A stretch of 63,894 nucleotides of DNA, the filler included, from Licmophora abbreviata (lineage: Eukaryota): assembly GCA_900291995.1 (NCBI GenBank). It is 14 parts of 14 records of this genome, joined end to end, with 100 filler letters (N's around TTAATTAATTAA, not from the genome) between each part and the next. Parts side by side here need not be neighbours in the genome. Positions count along the whole stretch, not along the records: positions 32,296 to 37,622 come from OLMU01000947.1; positions 37,723 to 40,716 come from OLMU01000949.1; positions 40,817 to 42,443 come from OLMU01000950.1; positions 42,544 to 43,606 come from OLMU01000951.1; positions 43,707 to 52,241 come from OLMU01000952.1; 9 more parts are not named here. One strand, given 5' to 3'. The translations under genes were made by a program, and so were the position numbers. Below the pieces are notes generated by a model. The model worked only from the letters and a program-made list of their open reading frames with translations. It was not told the DNA's origin and searched no databases. Every line of letters begins with the position of its first letter. Positions within the stretch are counted from its first letter, which is position 1. Of the stretch, positions 33,696-45,883 are shown piece by piece.

Positions 33696-36600
33696 ATGTC
33701 TAATCCATATAGCTACACGAACAGAAACAGCAACAAAAATGACGGAAGGGGATCGAACGGCGGCGGAAATCAGAATCCTTGTCCCCCGCGCCGCCAGAAT
33801 GTACCGCCCAGCGTGTGGGGGCAGCCGCCAGCAGCTCCCCCGCCAGGCACCGCGCCTCCCGCGACCAGCAGTTTGCAGCAAGCTGCTGCTGGAGCGGGAT
33901 ACGCAGTACCTCCACGAATGCCGTACTATGCTCCCAATCCGTACGCGGCGTACGGTGCACCGCCGCCGCAACAACCGGGCATGCATCGCCCCGCCCCGGC
34001 TGGTATGTGGCAGCCAGCACCACCGACGAGCGGGATGAATGTTAATCCCTATTCAAATCCTGGTGTAGGTAGGATGTCGTCCTCGTCGATGACATACTAT
34101 CCCAGTACGGCTGCGGCGGCGTCCTCTCCGTCTCCTGCTGCACCCCCACCGGCTGCGCGCAAAAAGAAGGCTCTGGTCATTACGGTACGTTTAAACGCGC
34201 TTTCCTCGCTGCATGCACATCTTGAAATCTGCCGTGTGCTTGGAAGTGTTCTATTGAGTCGACACTAAGCACAACGTGTCCTCCCGAACCCTTATTCTTT
34301 TAGGACAAACACGGAAATGTCGTGGACTTCTCCAAACAGGCCGGCGACCCCAAGCAATCATCGCTTCAGGCGGCCGCCGCCGCCGGGCCCCCCGCTACGG
34401 CGACTACCCCTGCACCCGCGCCGGAAACGAAAAGTGCCGCATCAGCAGGTTCCGATGCCGGAGCGAAACTGCGGCAGATGGCAATGGAACGGCTTGCTGA
34501 GGACGAAAAGAAGAAACAAGAATCCGACGGCGCGAAAGCAAGAGAGGCGGACGTCGCAAAAGTGCAGGGAGAGAAAGAGGCACAAAAGAAGCGAGAAGCC
34601 GAAGAGTTTTTAAAAGTAAATGAAAAGAAGCGCGAGGAAGAGCGACTTCGTGGAGAAAAGGAAGCGGCCGCACAAAAGGCTGTTGCGTCTACTTCGGCAC
34701 CTCCGCCCGCAAGGTCAAGGCCCAGCTCTTTGTCTTCGCTTGCTGCCAGACTCGAAAAACAGGAACCTACGAACGATGAAACGGTGGAGTCCAAAGAGGA
34801 GGTCAAGCCGTCGACCTCGACGTCAGAACCGAGTCCCAAAGCGTCGCTGCCATCTCTCGCTTCCAGACTCGAGCGACTAAGTAGTAATGGGGAGGAGGAT
34901 TCTAGCTCCCCCGAACGCCGCGGAGTTAAGGACATGCAGACGGTGACGACTGTATCCTCTCCAAGCAAGACGACAGCATCGTCGAGGAACGTATACTCTA
35001 AGGATCAGATGCTACGGTGAGTTTTTCACTCGACTGCTACGCCCTAAAAAGACTCTCTCAATCTAAACCATGCTTTGCCATCTGCTTGTAGGTTCAAAGC
35101 CCTTGACACTTGCTGTGTTCGCCCTGTTAATCTGCCGGACTTGACGATTCAGTTGATTTCTGTGGGCGGAGCTGGTGGTGGCGGAGGAGGAGGTCAGCGC
35201 CGTGGTGGACAGCGTGGCGGTGGTGGCGACTGGTCACGCGGAGCTGCGCCTCCTCGACAGAACTCCGATCGGAGAAATTCAGCGGGTCAACAAGACACTC
35301 CTCAGTGGTCACGTGGACAAGCTCCTCCAAAACCTCCTCCTCAAGGACGGGGTGGTGGGCATCGTGATGGTCGTGGTGGCCGAGGTGGTCGCGGAGGAGG
35401 TCCTCCACCCCTGTACGATGGACCGATTGCTCCACTGGTCAAGTCTGACAAGGGTTGGCGACCGCAGAAGGATACCTCAACTTTCGCTGTTACAGAAAAG
35501 AAGGTCAAGTCGATCCTCAACAAGATGACCCTGGAGAAGTTCGATCGACTGGCGACACAAATGTGTGAGATACGCATTCTCAGCTACGATATACTGAAAA
35601 TGATGATCCACAATGTTTACGAAAAGGCGATCTACGAGCCTACTTTCGGTGAGATGTACGCCGAGCTTTGTGTTAGGCTTTCGCAGTCTGCCAGTGCGAG
35701 CAGTTTTCTTCAGATTATCGAAAGTGATGAGTCGCTCCCGGAGGGCGACGACAGTGGTGGTGAAAAAGTGTATCGATGGAGCAACGACGTGAATACTAGC
35801 GATGCTGAGGTCGTCGGCCCGTACAGCTCTGCACGCGAGTGCATCGAAGCGGCGCTGGAGGACGAGGACGAGCCATCTGCACGCGGAGATATGGAACTCG
35901 AGCTCGACAGTCTTACTATCACCGAGGGAAAGTTCATCAAGATAATGAAGAAGGCTGACTCGACAGACGAAGACGGTGAGAAGGTGTTTTACACAGTCTT
36001 TTTCCCGGTAGATCAACACGAAGAGTGTGGTCAGCAGCTTTCTGGAATCTTCTCCACTGAGAAAGACTGTCGGACTGACTCCACGAAGCGCAATAGCTTC
36101 AGGCGGTCGTTGCTGAACAAATGCGAAGACGAATTCATGAAACAGGACATCTACGTTGATTGGAAGAAAGAGAAAGCAGAGTACGAGGCAGCGAAGGCAT
36201 CGTTAACCGATTCGGAGCAGACTGACAAAGAAGAAGAGCTGGAGTTTCGTCGGATCAAAATCAAGAAGCAAATGCTCGGTAATATCAAGTTCATTGGTCA
36301 GTTGTACAAGAAGGGCCTGCTGAAAGAAAAGATTATGCGTTCATGTATCGCATCGCTGCTCAAACTGAAGAGTGACGAGGAGGCATCAAAGTACCCGGAG
36401 TATGTTGACTCAGGCGACATGGACCTAGACGACGAAGACCACGAAGCTGTGCAGAGTTTGTTCACGACGATTGGGAAAACGATTGACTTACCACATGCAT
36501 CCTCTTTCATGAAGGTTTGCTTCACGAAGATCACCAAAATCAGTGAAGACGACGCTTTCAATGCTCGATCGAGGTTCATGTACAAGGATTTGATTGAACT

Positions 36601-37622
36601 ACGCGAGAATCGCTGGCAGCCGAGACGGAAAGAGGAAAAGGCCAAGACATTGGACGAGATTCGAAAGGACGTCGAGCGCGAAGAGCGCCGACAGGCCCAG
36701 CAGTCAGCCCAGGCGAACTTTCGTGGGGGCAAAGGCGACCGGCGTGACTCGTATTCCTCACGTAATAGGGGAGGCGACTATCGCGGCGGAGACAATCGTC
36801 GCGGTGGACAAGGTCACGACAGCAGAGGCGGTGAGGCTCGACAACGTTCAGTCTCGAAACCCTCCACGGACGAAGACGGATTCACGCAGGTACCAGTGCG
36901 CCGTTCGGTAAGCAAGCCGCAGATGTCTGGCCATTCGGACGAACGAGGCGACAAGCCTATCAAGATACTAAAGAAACCTGTGACCGAGCAGCGAGGAAAC
37001 GAGCCGGAACCAGGTCCCGATCCAGAACGTGAACGATCTGCCGCCGCTGAAGCTGACTCGGAACCGCGGGCGTCCAACGCACCAGAGCCGCTTAGTAGAG
37101 AGAAATTGGAGCGCCGCATCGATACGATCCGGAATGAGTATATACAGGACCCAAACAACGAGGACGAATTGCTTCTCTCTGTAGACGAGCTTTCAGGGAC
37201 ACCTGATGCTGGAGTAACTCTTGTTTCGCGAAATGCTGATCGCCTGATGGACTGCAAGGACTCAGAGAGAGAGTCTATTATTGCAATGCTTTCTTTGCTC
37301 TTCGAAAGAACGAAGCTTACCAGCAAAGATGTCCAAGACGGAATGGCGGAAGTCGTTGAGTTTATTGACAGCTTTGTTATTGATTCTCCGAAAGCGTACG
37401 AGTACCTAGGTGCTGTCCTCGGCGAGCTGCTGCACGTAGAGGCTGTTGATATCGACTGGTTCATCGCCCAGAGTCAGAAGGCAAAGCCCGACCCTAGCTC
37501 AGATGCGGCCTCCAAGATCGTTGCAAAGACAATAGCGTCCGTCAAGTCTTCGCACGGAGATGGTGACGTCAAAAGGCTGTTTGGACGACAGTCCAACAAG
37601 CTGAGTGCCCTACTTGGCGAAG
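33696..37622 (+). CDS. EIF4G: Translation initiation factor eIF4G (MIF4G + MA3), 3' truncated; introns 34185-34303, 35017-35091
   Basis: eIF4E-binding-like YSKDQML; KVKSILNKMTLEKF; KAIYEPTFGEMYAELC; MLGNIKFIGQLYK; RSRFMYKDLIELRENRW; MA3 region IDSPKAYEYLG. Confidence 0.93.
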
Positions 37623-37956
37623 NNNNNNNNNNNNNNNNNNNNNNNNNNNNNNNNNNNNNNNNNNNNTTAATTAATTAANNNNNNNNNNNNNNNNNNNNNN
37701 NNNNNNNNNNNNNNNNNNNNNNAACCTGCTCTAAATACACAAATTAAATTGATGAAGTTTCAATTAACATAATATGTCTACTAGTAGGTTCAGTTGCGAA
37801 TTACTTTAATGAAATATAAGATATTACGTCATGAATAAAATTTAGCGATGTGCTTCGCCGCTAAAACCTGACCGAAGCGCACAAAATCTCTTACCTCAGC
37901 CGAAACTGGAAATTGACACACGCTAACGTAGACAAGGTCCGACTGAATGCCCTGTG

Positions 37957-40577
37957 ATGACCAACATGCAAGCTCCTTGGGATCCCCTCTGGAGGTACAT
38001 TCTCGATGAACATTCCGACGACGAGTCTACTCTCGAGAGCTATCAGCCAAAGCGGCAGCCAAAGGGGTCGAGGAGGCGACGGCGATTCCATATTCCACGA
38101 CGTGACCGGCAATTGCAGTCATCAAGATCCGTAGACGAGGCTGAAGCTACTACTTTCCTACCAGATGAAAGGGATCGAAGTACAGGGGGAAAATCGAATC
38201 ACCAGAACCGGGAGCACGATAGGAAGTGGAGCCGGATAGAAGGTACGAAGAGCACCAACGTCGACGCGCGATCCGATGCACCGTCCATGGACAGAAGGCA
38301 AGTGACGCCAAGTGCCCGCCAACAAAAAGATAAAAACAACAATGGCGTCCTGGAACTGATGAAGAGGTCTATGTTCAATGAGGAGAAATTCGATAAGCAT
38401 GACACTGATGCTCGTTGTGCAAATGGTTACGTTCCACTCGACACGCCAAGTGTCGCGACCTCGGAAGCTTCAGAAGGCGAACTGGGGGTTTGGGCGTATG
38501 GTGACCAAGTGGAGTGCGTTCGAGACTCTCGAGACGATGTTTCGAGCCGATCCGATCAGTCTGAAGATTCTGCCTGCTCAGTTGAGTCGGAGTTTAGCAA
38601 GTTTGTGGGGACCCGGGCAAGTTCGTACATGCCGAAGAGTAGTACCCCGACAACGCCCCTCGGTCGATGCACAAATTCCACCCAGGTAATGCCAACTTCG
38701 CCAAAGTGCCAACAGGGTTCACCCTCAAAGCCCATCGCGGCTATGGCACAGGATGCTGATCCAGGAGATGCTTCGTGCCCTCATCTCAACAACGAGCACA
38801 ATTTCGAATCAGGTGCTGTAGAGCACGACAACGATACTGGTCATTCTCAGTTGCAGGAGTCGGTCATCGACTCGAACGACAAAATTGAAGAGGGAAGAGG
38901 AGACATGAAGTGCTCGAATCCGGAAGACTTCGATAAGTTTATCGAAATGGAAATGGAAAGGTTAGCCGCTGAGCGGAGGAAAAGACTAGGTACAGTGTTT
39001 TGCCGTAGCGTCAAGGACCGGGGGGAGGAAGATTCAAGAAAACTCCGGGGTGGACCGGGGACCGCACCGAGAGTAGCGTCTCGCTCAGCGAGTCTCAGCG
39101 ATACGAACAAGACAGCAGTGGTGTCTCGTCGTTGCTTTGGCGAGCGGGCTGGAGCGAAGCCGAATGCGGACTTTCCTGTTGTACGTTTGGTTGCTGACGA
39201 AGAAGGACCACAACAGGTTGTTACGGCCGAGCGTTCTCTTCTTGCACCAGCTCATCTTGCTAGTCGGAAAGGCCCACAATCAGTGTTCGAATATGACTAT
39301 GCGTCAGAAAATCATATGGACGTGGTGTATGATCAATTTGGAGTTAATCCTCGATCCTTGATTCACGTGCGGAGCTTTAAAGCGCCGAAGTCAATTCACT
39401 TGGAATCAGACGAAGTGCTCTTGAAGGTTGAGGTAAGTCCATGTTATCTTCTTGTCTGTCAAACGATGCGGCCCGTGCGAGAGGCTAATGGCCTTGTGTC
39501 ATTCGGGAATACAGGCGTCGACTGTTTCTCCAACTGATTGTTCCATTCGACGAGGGCGATGGTGGCGAGGGGATAAGATTCTACTCCCTTGTACCCCGGG
39601 GGCCGACCTGCTCGGAAACGTTTGCCAACTTCATCCGAACATGGCTTCTAAGTTCAAGTTAAAGAAAGGCGAACGCGTCCTGTCCCTCGTCAAATGGGGC
39701 GGAAACGCTCGCTACGCTAAAGTCTCCCCAGAAAAGCTCGTGAAAGTGCCAAGGGACGTAGATGCAGCCAAAGCGGTTTGTTTGGTACAATCTTTTCTGT
39801 CGGCCTTTCAGGCTCTTCACCTGGGACAAAGAAATTCTCAGCGCTACCGTAAGAACGCGTTATTGGGAAAGTCGATTCTTGTAGTTGGTGCCATGTCGAA
39901 CGTGGGCAGAGCCGTACTCGAACTGGCTCGCGAAGCAGGAGTCTCCGTGTACGCAATCGGCAAAGACAAGCAGCATCAGCGACTTAAATCTCTTGGAGGA
40001 CTGCCGCTCGGAAAACAAGTCGAGTCGTGGTTTCCGCACGTCGCGGGAAGGATGGATCTCGTAATCGACGCCAGTGGCGACAACGTTACCCAGTCCGCAT
40101 CACAGAACTACTTGAAGGCACTTAACGAGCACGGTCAACTGGTCTTTATCGGACAACCAGTGAATGTTGACGCCATGGGGGCTCAACTTACGGGATCGTC
40201 GAAGTCGTTCTGTATCTCCAAATCCAATTCTCATGCCAGGGATCGAATCCAGTATCTCGATGTCTTCGAGAGTTGGTCCACCAATCTTGAACGCAGCAAG
40301 GTAAGTACCGGTACTGCATCTGATAGGTATCAAAGGATGACATTATCGCTCTTCGGCATACTTATGCACGTTGTCCACTCAACCTGTCCGACTGTAGAAA
40401 GACCTTGAGCACCTGCTCAACCTGTTGCGATCGCAGACAATAGAGCCTGTTGTGATCGACCGCATCCCGCTAACAAAAATTGGTCGTGCCCACGAAACGC
40501 TTGAGGGGAAGAGACTCCACGGCTTCCTCGTTTGTGAGCCCTGGATAAAGTCTAAACAACGGGCGGTATACTTGTAA
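37957..40577 (+). CDS. MDR-family (zinc-free quinone oxidoreductase-like) protein with long disordered N-terminus; introns 39433-39514, 40301-40397
   Basis: EVLLKVE|ASTVSPTD, PCTPGADLLG, GGNARYA, Rossmann SILVVGAMSNVGRAV, C-terminal IGRAHETLEGKRLHGFLVCEPW. Confidence 0.8.
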
Positions 40578-40887
40578 TCTCTCGACAGCGGACAGTGGCC
40601 CAGAAGCCGGCAATATATATGCATTCTAAACACCCGCTCTCGTTTCATGGTGGCTTGTATATCATTATCGTCCATGTTCCTGTTCTCGATGCCTCAGTCC
40701 CATCTTTCCTCTGGCGNNNNNNNNNNNNNNNNNNNNNNNNNNNNNNNNNNNNNNNNNNNNTTAATTAATTAANNNNNNNNNNNNNNNNNNNNNNNNNNNN
40801 NNNNNNNNNNNNNNNNCCACGCATGCCTACGTATAACGCGCGGCTCCCCTCTCACATTTTTGTCGTGTTAAGAACGAGCGAAGCACC

Positions 40888-41964
40888 ATGGCGACGAGGC
40901 AAGGCGACCACGACGCCATCGACGACGTGCCCCCGGACGTTTCAGAGTCTTCCTGGGTTGATACGTTCTCAACTGTGGAACCAAAGGTAAGCAGAATATT
41001 ATGGAGAAACCGTAAAGCCACTGCGTACAACTGTCGACGCTGTAATTGTGTGTATCAAACGTCCAGTCCATAACATTGACCCCAGTGCGCCTGAACGCTC
41101 ACGGATCGCGTACTAGTATCGCTTATTCTCACATTGCAATATCCTCATTTTGATTCCGCTACGACCTATGAATACCAGCCATATCTGCAAAGATTTTTGT
41201 CACGCAATACTCGTGTCGATGGGAGACTCGAAAGTTCCTGCAGACCGACAACTATCACGCAGCATATCTTAACGCGCAACACTGCCGGATCCGCCTTGGT
41301 CAAACTAGGATCGACACAAGTCCTGGCTGCCGTTTCATTCTTGGTCGGACAACCGTCAGCTGATCACGGTGGAATGGGCGACCTCATCGTCTCGGTTTCA
41401 TCATCGCAATGTGGCTCGTCGTCGCGGTCGCCCAAACACGCCGGCACGTCGTCTTGGTTGCAGCGCGTGTTGATCGACAGCGGCCTTGTTGATTTCTCGA
41501 GTCTATGCATCGAGGAGGGCAGGTCTTCGTGGCGACTGCAGCTTATCTTGTGTATCATTTGCGATGACGGAAACGCCGATGATGCTGCCCTGCTAGCCTC
41601 TGTGGCGGCCTTAGCGGACACGACGCTGCCATCGACGGTGGTCGACATGAAAGGGGCCGTTCAGGTTAACGCAGATGGATCCCGGACACAGCTCAAAATT
41701 GATCAAACTCGTATCCCCATTCCACTCACTGTTGGCCTGTACCAACAGAGTAAGGACACGAAAATGCTGGTTGATCCGTCTGCGATAGAAACGACCCACA
41801 TTGTCAGCGCACGCCTTACCGTTGTGGTGACGAATGAGTCAGACGAGCTTGTCAATGTCAGCCAGGTCGGATCATTTGCCGTGTCATCGCAGGAGATGGC
41901 TCAGGTCGCTAGTTTGGCGTTTGGGCGTGCAAGAGAAGTAAGTCCACTATTGTTGCGGCGATGA
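40888..41964 (+). CDS. EXOSC8: Exosome core subunit RRP43-like (RNase PH fold); intron 40987-41178
   Basis: FSTVEPK|PYLQRFLSRNTRVDGR...GSALVKLGSTQV; LCIEEGRSSW; DDGNADDAALLASVAALADTTLP; MLVDPSAIE. Confidence 0.82.
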
Positions 41965-42544
41965 GACGTTGGTTCTCAGATCGACAGAACCCAGGTCTGT
42001 TGTGGAACGGGGACACTGGATTGATTCATCAGATGCTTGTTCGTTACCACTCATGATTCATGGTCGACAAACCAATGAAGGCACGCGAGCCGGCACCCGA
42101 ATAGATTGGGAAGATACGATATTTGCCACCGGACTGCACAGAACCTTAAGAAGTCATTGTAGGGCAATCATGCCATTAAACCACGGTACTGTAAAAGTTC
42201 GGACGGTCCATGTAGTTCGAATCCTCAACATGCCGATGCGTTGGCGTCCAAGGCGGCTCAACTCGTCCACGACCTCTGCAGAGGAGTCGGAGAACCATTA
42301 CGCTTTCCAAGTGGCAAAATATAGAGACAAAGTTGGGAGCGACACTCTAGCTAGGGCGAACCTTCAAACGTTAGAATATCATTTGCTGGAACATGTGTAG
42401 TACGATTTAGTAACCTAGTGACGAAGTAAGTCTGGGTGCTCTTNNNNNNNNNNNNNNNNNNNNNNNNNNNNNNNNNNNNNNNNNNNNTTAATTAATTAAN
42501 NNNNNNNNNNNNNNNNNNNNNNNNNNNNNNNNNNNNNNNNNNNT

Positions 42545-42629
42545 TGGTGGGCGCGCGACGCGGCAAAAGTGTGTACGTTTGAACGACGTATTTTTCACTA
42601 GAATTTGCTAGCGATTCAGATATCTTATA
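42545..42629. repeat. Small dispersed repeat, copy 1 (interrupted by mariner); inverted relative to copy 2
   Basis: Reverse complement aligns to 48288-48382 with a few substitutions and one short indel. Confidence 0.85.
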
Positions 42630-43454
42630 CTCCCTCCGTTCGGAAATAAGTGTAACATTGGCGAGTTCGTGCACCTCAAGCTGGCATTTGTACAATGACC
42701 GAGTACGTTACCCCTTCTTATATAAAATAAAGGTGATATACGTATAGAACTAATCCAGAATTTTCAGGTCAGGAGAAGTTAATGGCATGTAAAAGGCGGG
42801 AAAAATTGGCTGTGTTTTGCGAAGCACAAACTCTTTTGCTTGGCCACCACAAAACGACAAAAAACATGCCCGACCCTCCCTTCAACAAGAAAAAGAAACC
42901 AAATCAGACTCAAGAAGAGAGGAAGAAGCTTTGTACCTTCTTCTCTCTCCACATCATTCAGGGGTCTGATCCGCTCGAATTGAGGCGTGGGGCATGCGTT
43001 GCGGCAGCTAAAAAATTCAATCTTTCTCGCGCGCAAATAAGCAGGATTTGGGAAAAAACGCGGGAAAACTTTGAGGTCAATCAGAAACTCTCCGCGACGC
43101 CAAAGAAAAAGAAAGGTCGTCCAAGGAAGTTTGATCCTGATGAGATGCGATCTTCTATTAGGGAGCTCTCGCACCAGGACAAGAAGTCCTTGAGAAGCAT
43201 TGCCTCCAAGCTGGGAATTTGCGTCTCCACCCTGTGGAGCTATAAAAATCGAGGTGACGACGACGACGATCCCATTATTCGCTCGAACCGAAATGCTGTG
43301 AAACCCAAGCTCACTCCTGAGCACGAAGTAGCCAGAGTATTTTATTGCAGAAGTAAGTTAGATATGGACTCTCTTTCCTACGATGACTTTCTCCAATCTG
43401 TACATGTGGACGAGAAATGGTTCTTTCTTACCGAAGCGGAGCAGAGGCTATGGC
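42630..43454 (+). mobile_element. Tc1/mariner element of the plant-mariner (Stowaway-related, DD39D-type) group, 3' truncated
   Basis: TA target at 42628-42629, then TIR CTCCCTCCGTTCGGAAATAAGTG (Stowaway/Osmar-type CTCCCTCCGT terminus); transposase ORF downstream; no right TIR. Confidence 0.9.
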
Positions 43455-43534
43455 TTAGGGGTAGGGTTAGGGTTAGGGTTAGGGTTAGGGTTAGGGTTCG
43501 GGTTTTAACGGGAGACGGGATCAAGACGGGTTAG
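42782..43534 (+). pseudogene. Truncated mariner transposase running into telomeric repeats
   Basis: HTH AAAKKFNLSRAQISRIW; GRPRK linker; second HTH SLRSIASKLGICVSTLW; NAVKPKLTPEHEVARVFYC; first catalytic Asp in VHVDEKWFFLT; then (RV)n encoded by TTAGGG. Confidence 0.88.
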
Positions 43535-43606
43535 GGTTAGGGTTAGGGTTAGGGTTAGGGTTAGGGTTAGGGTTAGGGTTAGGGTTAGGGTTAGGGTTAG
43601 GGTTAG
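43455..43606 (+). repeat. Telomeric (TTAGGG)n array with one GTAGGG variant and a 34-bp non-canonical block at 43497-43530
   Basis: About 7 units, then the insert, then 12+ perfect units to the contig end, G-rich strand pointing toward the end. Confidence 0.95.
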
Positions 43607-43738
43607 NNNNNNNNNNNNNNNNNNNNNNNNNNNNNNNNNNNNNNNNNNNNTTAATTAATTAANNNNNNNNNNNNNNNNNNNNNNNNNNNNNNNNNNNNNN
43701 NNNNNNCCACTACGGTTATCACAGAAATGGTGCCTATA

Positions 43739-45457
43739 CTACAGCTCCCCATTCACGTCTGTCGACCTTGCTGACAAAGGCCCTAACAGCAAATGATGCA
43801 AGACCACACCGACCGCCTGAAACGAGCAAAAGACAGCTATTGACAGTAGAATTCCTGCCAGGTGCGTCCCCATCGGAGAACAAAGACATATCACCATTGA
43901 TGAGACACCGCAAGCTGTGATCAAAGCCAAATCTCTGTAGCAGCCTAATCCCAGCATGACACCTTCGCCAGCAAACACTGGTCCATTGATGACATGGATA
44001 AGCGATGCAATCGTGGCTGGCAGCTTGACGGCTTGCTGAACTTGGGGTAATGTCGAGAACAACGGCACCATGGCGGGCAGCGCCACGTAGTTTAACAGTC
44101 CCAATAGTGTGCCGACAATGCTACCCCAAACAAACATACGGTCCGCAACTTTTCTTGCGTTCATCCTGCCGTTCTTGGACAGAGTCAATGGAACAAGGGC
44201 AGCTGCGGCTCCTTGGATAGCTAGGTGCGACACAATACCGACCGAATACATTTGCATCACGATACCATACGCTGCTGCAGAAACTCCCGATGGATCCATC
44301 GTTTGAGCGCGCCGAGCCGCTGATATAAGACCCACATTGATGGCTACTTGCCGTGCGAGCATTGCTGCGCCACCTTGTAATATCGGAAGAAGAGCCTTCC
44401 ATGACGGTGGTCTGAATATTCTCGACCATCTGGCGAGTCTGCGCCGAAGTAGTAGCCGGAGGTAGACGAGTCCTGAAGCCGTCTCTGCCATCGCCGTTGC
44501 AACAGCGGCACCAATGTATCCCAGCCCGGCGTGAAAGATCAGAAGCGGATCAAGGACAAGATTGACAGCATTAGTGGCAAGCGATACTTTCAGGGGAGTC
44601 ACCGTATTGAGCAAACCGCGATATGCGGCAAAGCCCGTAGCCGAAAGTAGAGCAGGGATCATGCTGAGCGCTCTCCATCGGAGGTAGGGCGCTGCATACT
44701 CCATCGCAGGTGCACCCGATGGTAGGACCATAGATAGTCCTGTTCGAGGAAATGCAACTAGAAGCACAGTTCCGAGACCACCCAGGACATTACAGAGAAA
44801 GAGAGACTCGCAAACCCTTGCCTGCGCCGCTTCGTTGTCGCCCGACCCAACCGCAGTTGCGACAAGCGGCGCCGTGATTGTTGGAAGAAAAGCGACAAGA
44901 AAATAGAAAGTGAAGAATGCTTGATTCGCGGCCGCTTGACCCGCCAGCGCCAGTGCAATGCCCATCCTTCCCACCCAGAATGTATCCACACTGTTGACTA
45001 GCGGTACAACTGCAAGGTTGATCATGCTTGGAATCGTTGTGTTGAGTATCTTGCGATCAAGCGCGTCACCGCCTTGTCCGAGACGTGGGATTGCATCAGC
45101 TAAACGTACTTTCCAATCCACATCAGTTGTCGCCAGAGAAGCAGGGGTCATCACTATTTCTGTAGCGTCCACGAAGGGGCTCGTTGTGTTGGTCGCAGTT
45201 TCTGAAAGACTCGACAGTGGCAGTCCGAGCTGTGTCGACTCCATGATCTGTTCCATTGAGGAACCGTCGACCCCACAGAAGAATTCCTGCGGGCCATCTT
45301 CGACATCACCATCCACTGCCCTCCCCGAAGAGATCCAAGTGTGCGTGACTCGTGAATTGAGAGTGAAAATCCGCCCAGTGTTTGAGTGTTGAAAGCATGT
45401 CGAGGGCGTCGCCGCTCCAAGGAAGACCGCCAAAGCCACACTGCTTCTCTTGCTCAT
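43739..45457 (-). CDS. MATE-family transporter with probable bipartite plastid-targeting peptide
   Basis: PLVNSVDTFWVGRMG..LAGQ; YLRWRALSMIPAL; AAYRGLLNTVTPL; NLVLDPLLIF..GYIGAAVAT; many TMs; N-terminal signal ending STC-F. Confidence 0.9.
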   Translation of the reverse strand: MSKRSSVALAVFLGAATPSTCFQHSNTGRIFTLNSRVTHTWISSGRAVDGDVEDGPQEFFCGVDGSSMEQIMESTQLGLPLSSLSETATNTTSPFVDATEIVMTPASLATTDVDWKVRLADAIPRLGQGGDALDRKILNTTIPSMINLAVVPLVNSVDTFWVGRMGIALALAGQAAANQAFFTFYFLVAFLPTITAPLVATAVGSGDNEAAQARVCESLFLCNVLGGLGTVLLVAFPRTGLSMVLPSGAPAMEYAAPYLRWRALSMIPALLSATGFAAYRGLLNTVTPLKVSLATNAVNLVLDPLLIFHAGLGYIGAAVATAMAETASGLVYLRLLLRRRLARWSRIFRPPSWKALLPILQGGAAMLARQVAINVGLISAARRAQTMDPSGVSAAAYGIVMQMYSVGIVSHLAIQGAAAALVPLTLSKNGRMNARKVADRMFVWGSIVGTLLGLLNYVALPAMVPLFSTLPQVQQAVKLPATIASLIHVINGPVFAGEGVMLGLGCYRDLALITACGVSSMVICLCSPMGTHLAGILLSIAVFCSFQAVGVVLHHLLLGPLSARSTDVNGEL

Positions 45458-45883
45458 ACGAGTGAGTACCTGGTAGTAGATTCAAAGCCTCTTTCGGTAT
45501 CTACTCAAACACTTAGGCCACAGTCGAAGCACAAGAGTGGGCCACTGTCCTGGTTTCAGACTTCACGGATCTGTTCGCTGGCGACACTGATCTTGCTTCG
45601 AAGTTCCGCCTGCTAGCCGGAAAACAGGCTCGACGTAAGTACGTGTTGGCAGCAAACTTGGGACAACCCGGATAAGTCGCGTACGTCATTCGCGTTGGGA
45701 ATGAATCAAATCAATCGAATGAATCTTCATCATTGCAATCATTGTGAACTTCTAAATTGAAAACGACACAATGATGGCACGACGACACAGCGGCGATGTC
45801 CATTTCGTCTGGACCTTCCTCTTCTTTGGAACTTCTGAAGAGCTTGTCCAAAGTCAAGTTTCTTTTAGAACGTGTGACTTACC

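Noticed and set aside
41969..42400. 143-aa ORF after RRP43
   Set aside because: Non-ATG start and no recognisable domain.
43455..43534. Arg-Val repeat tail as a functional transposase domain
   Set aside because: It is simply the translation of TTAGGG repeats.
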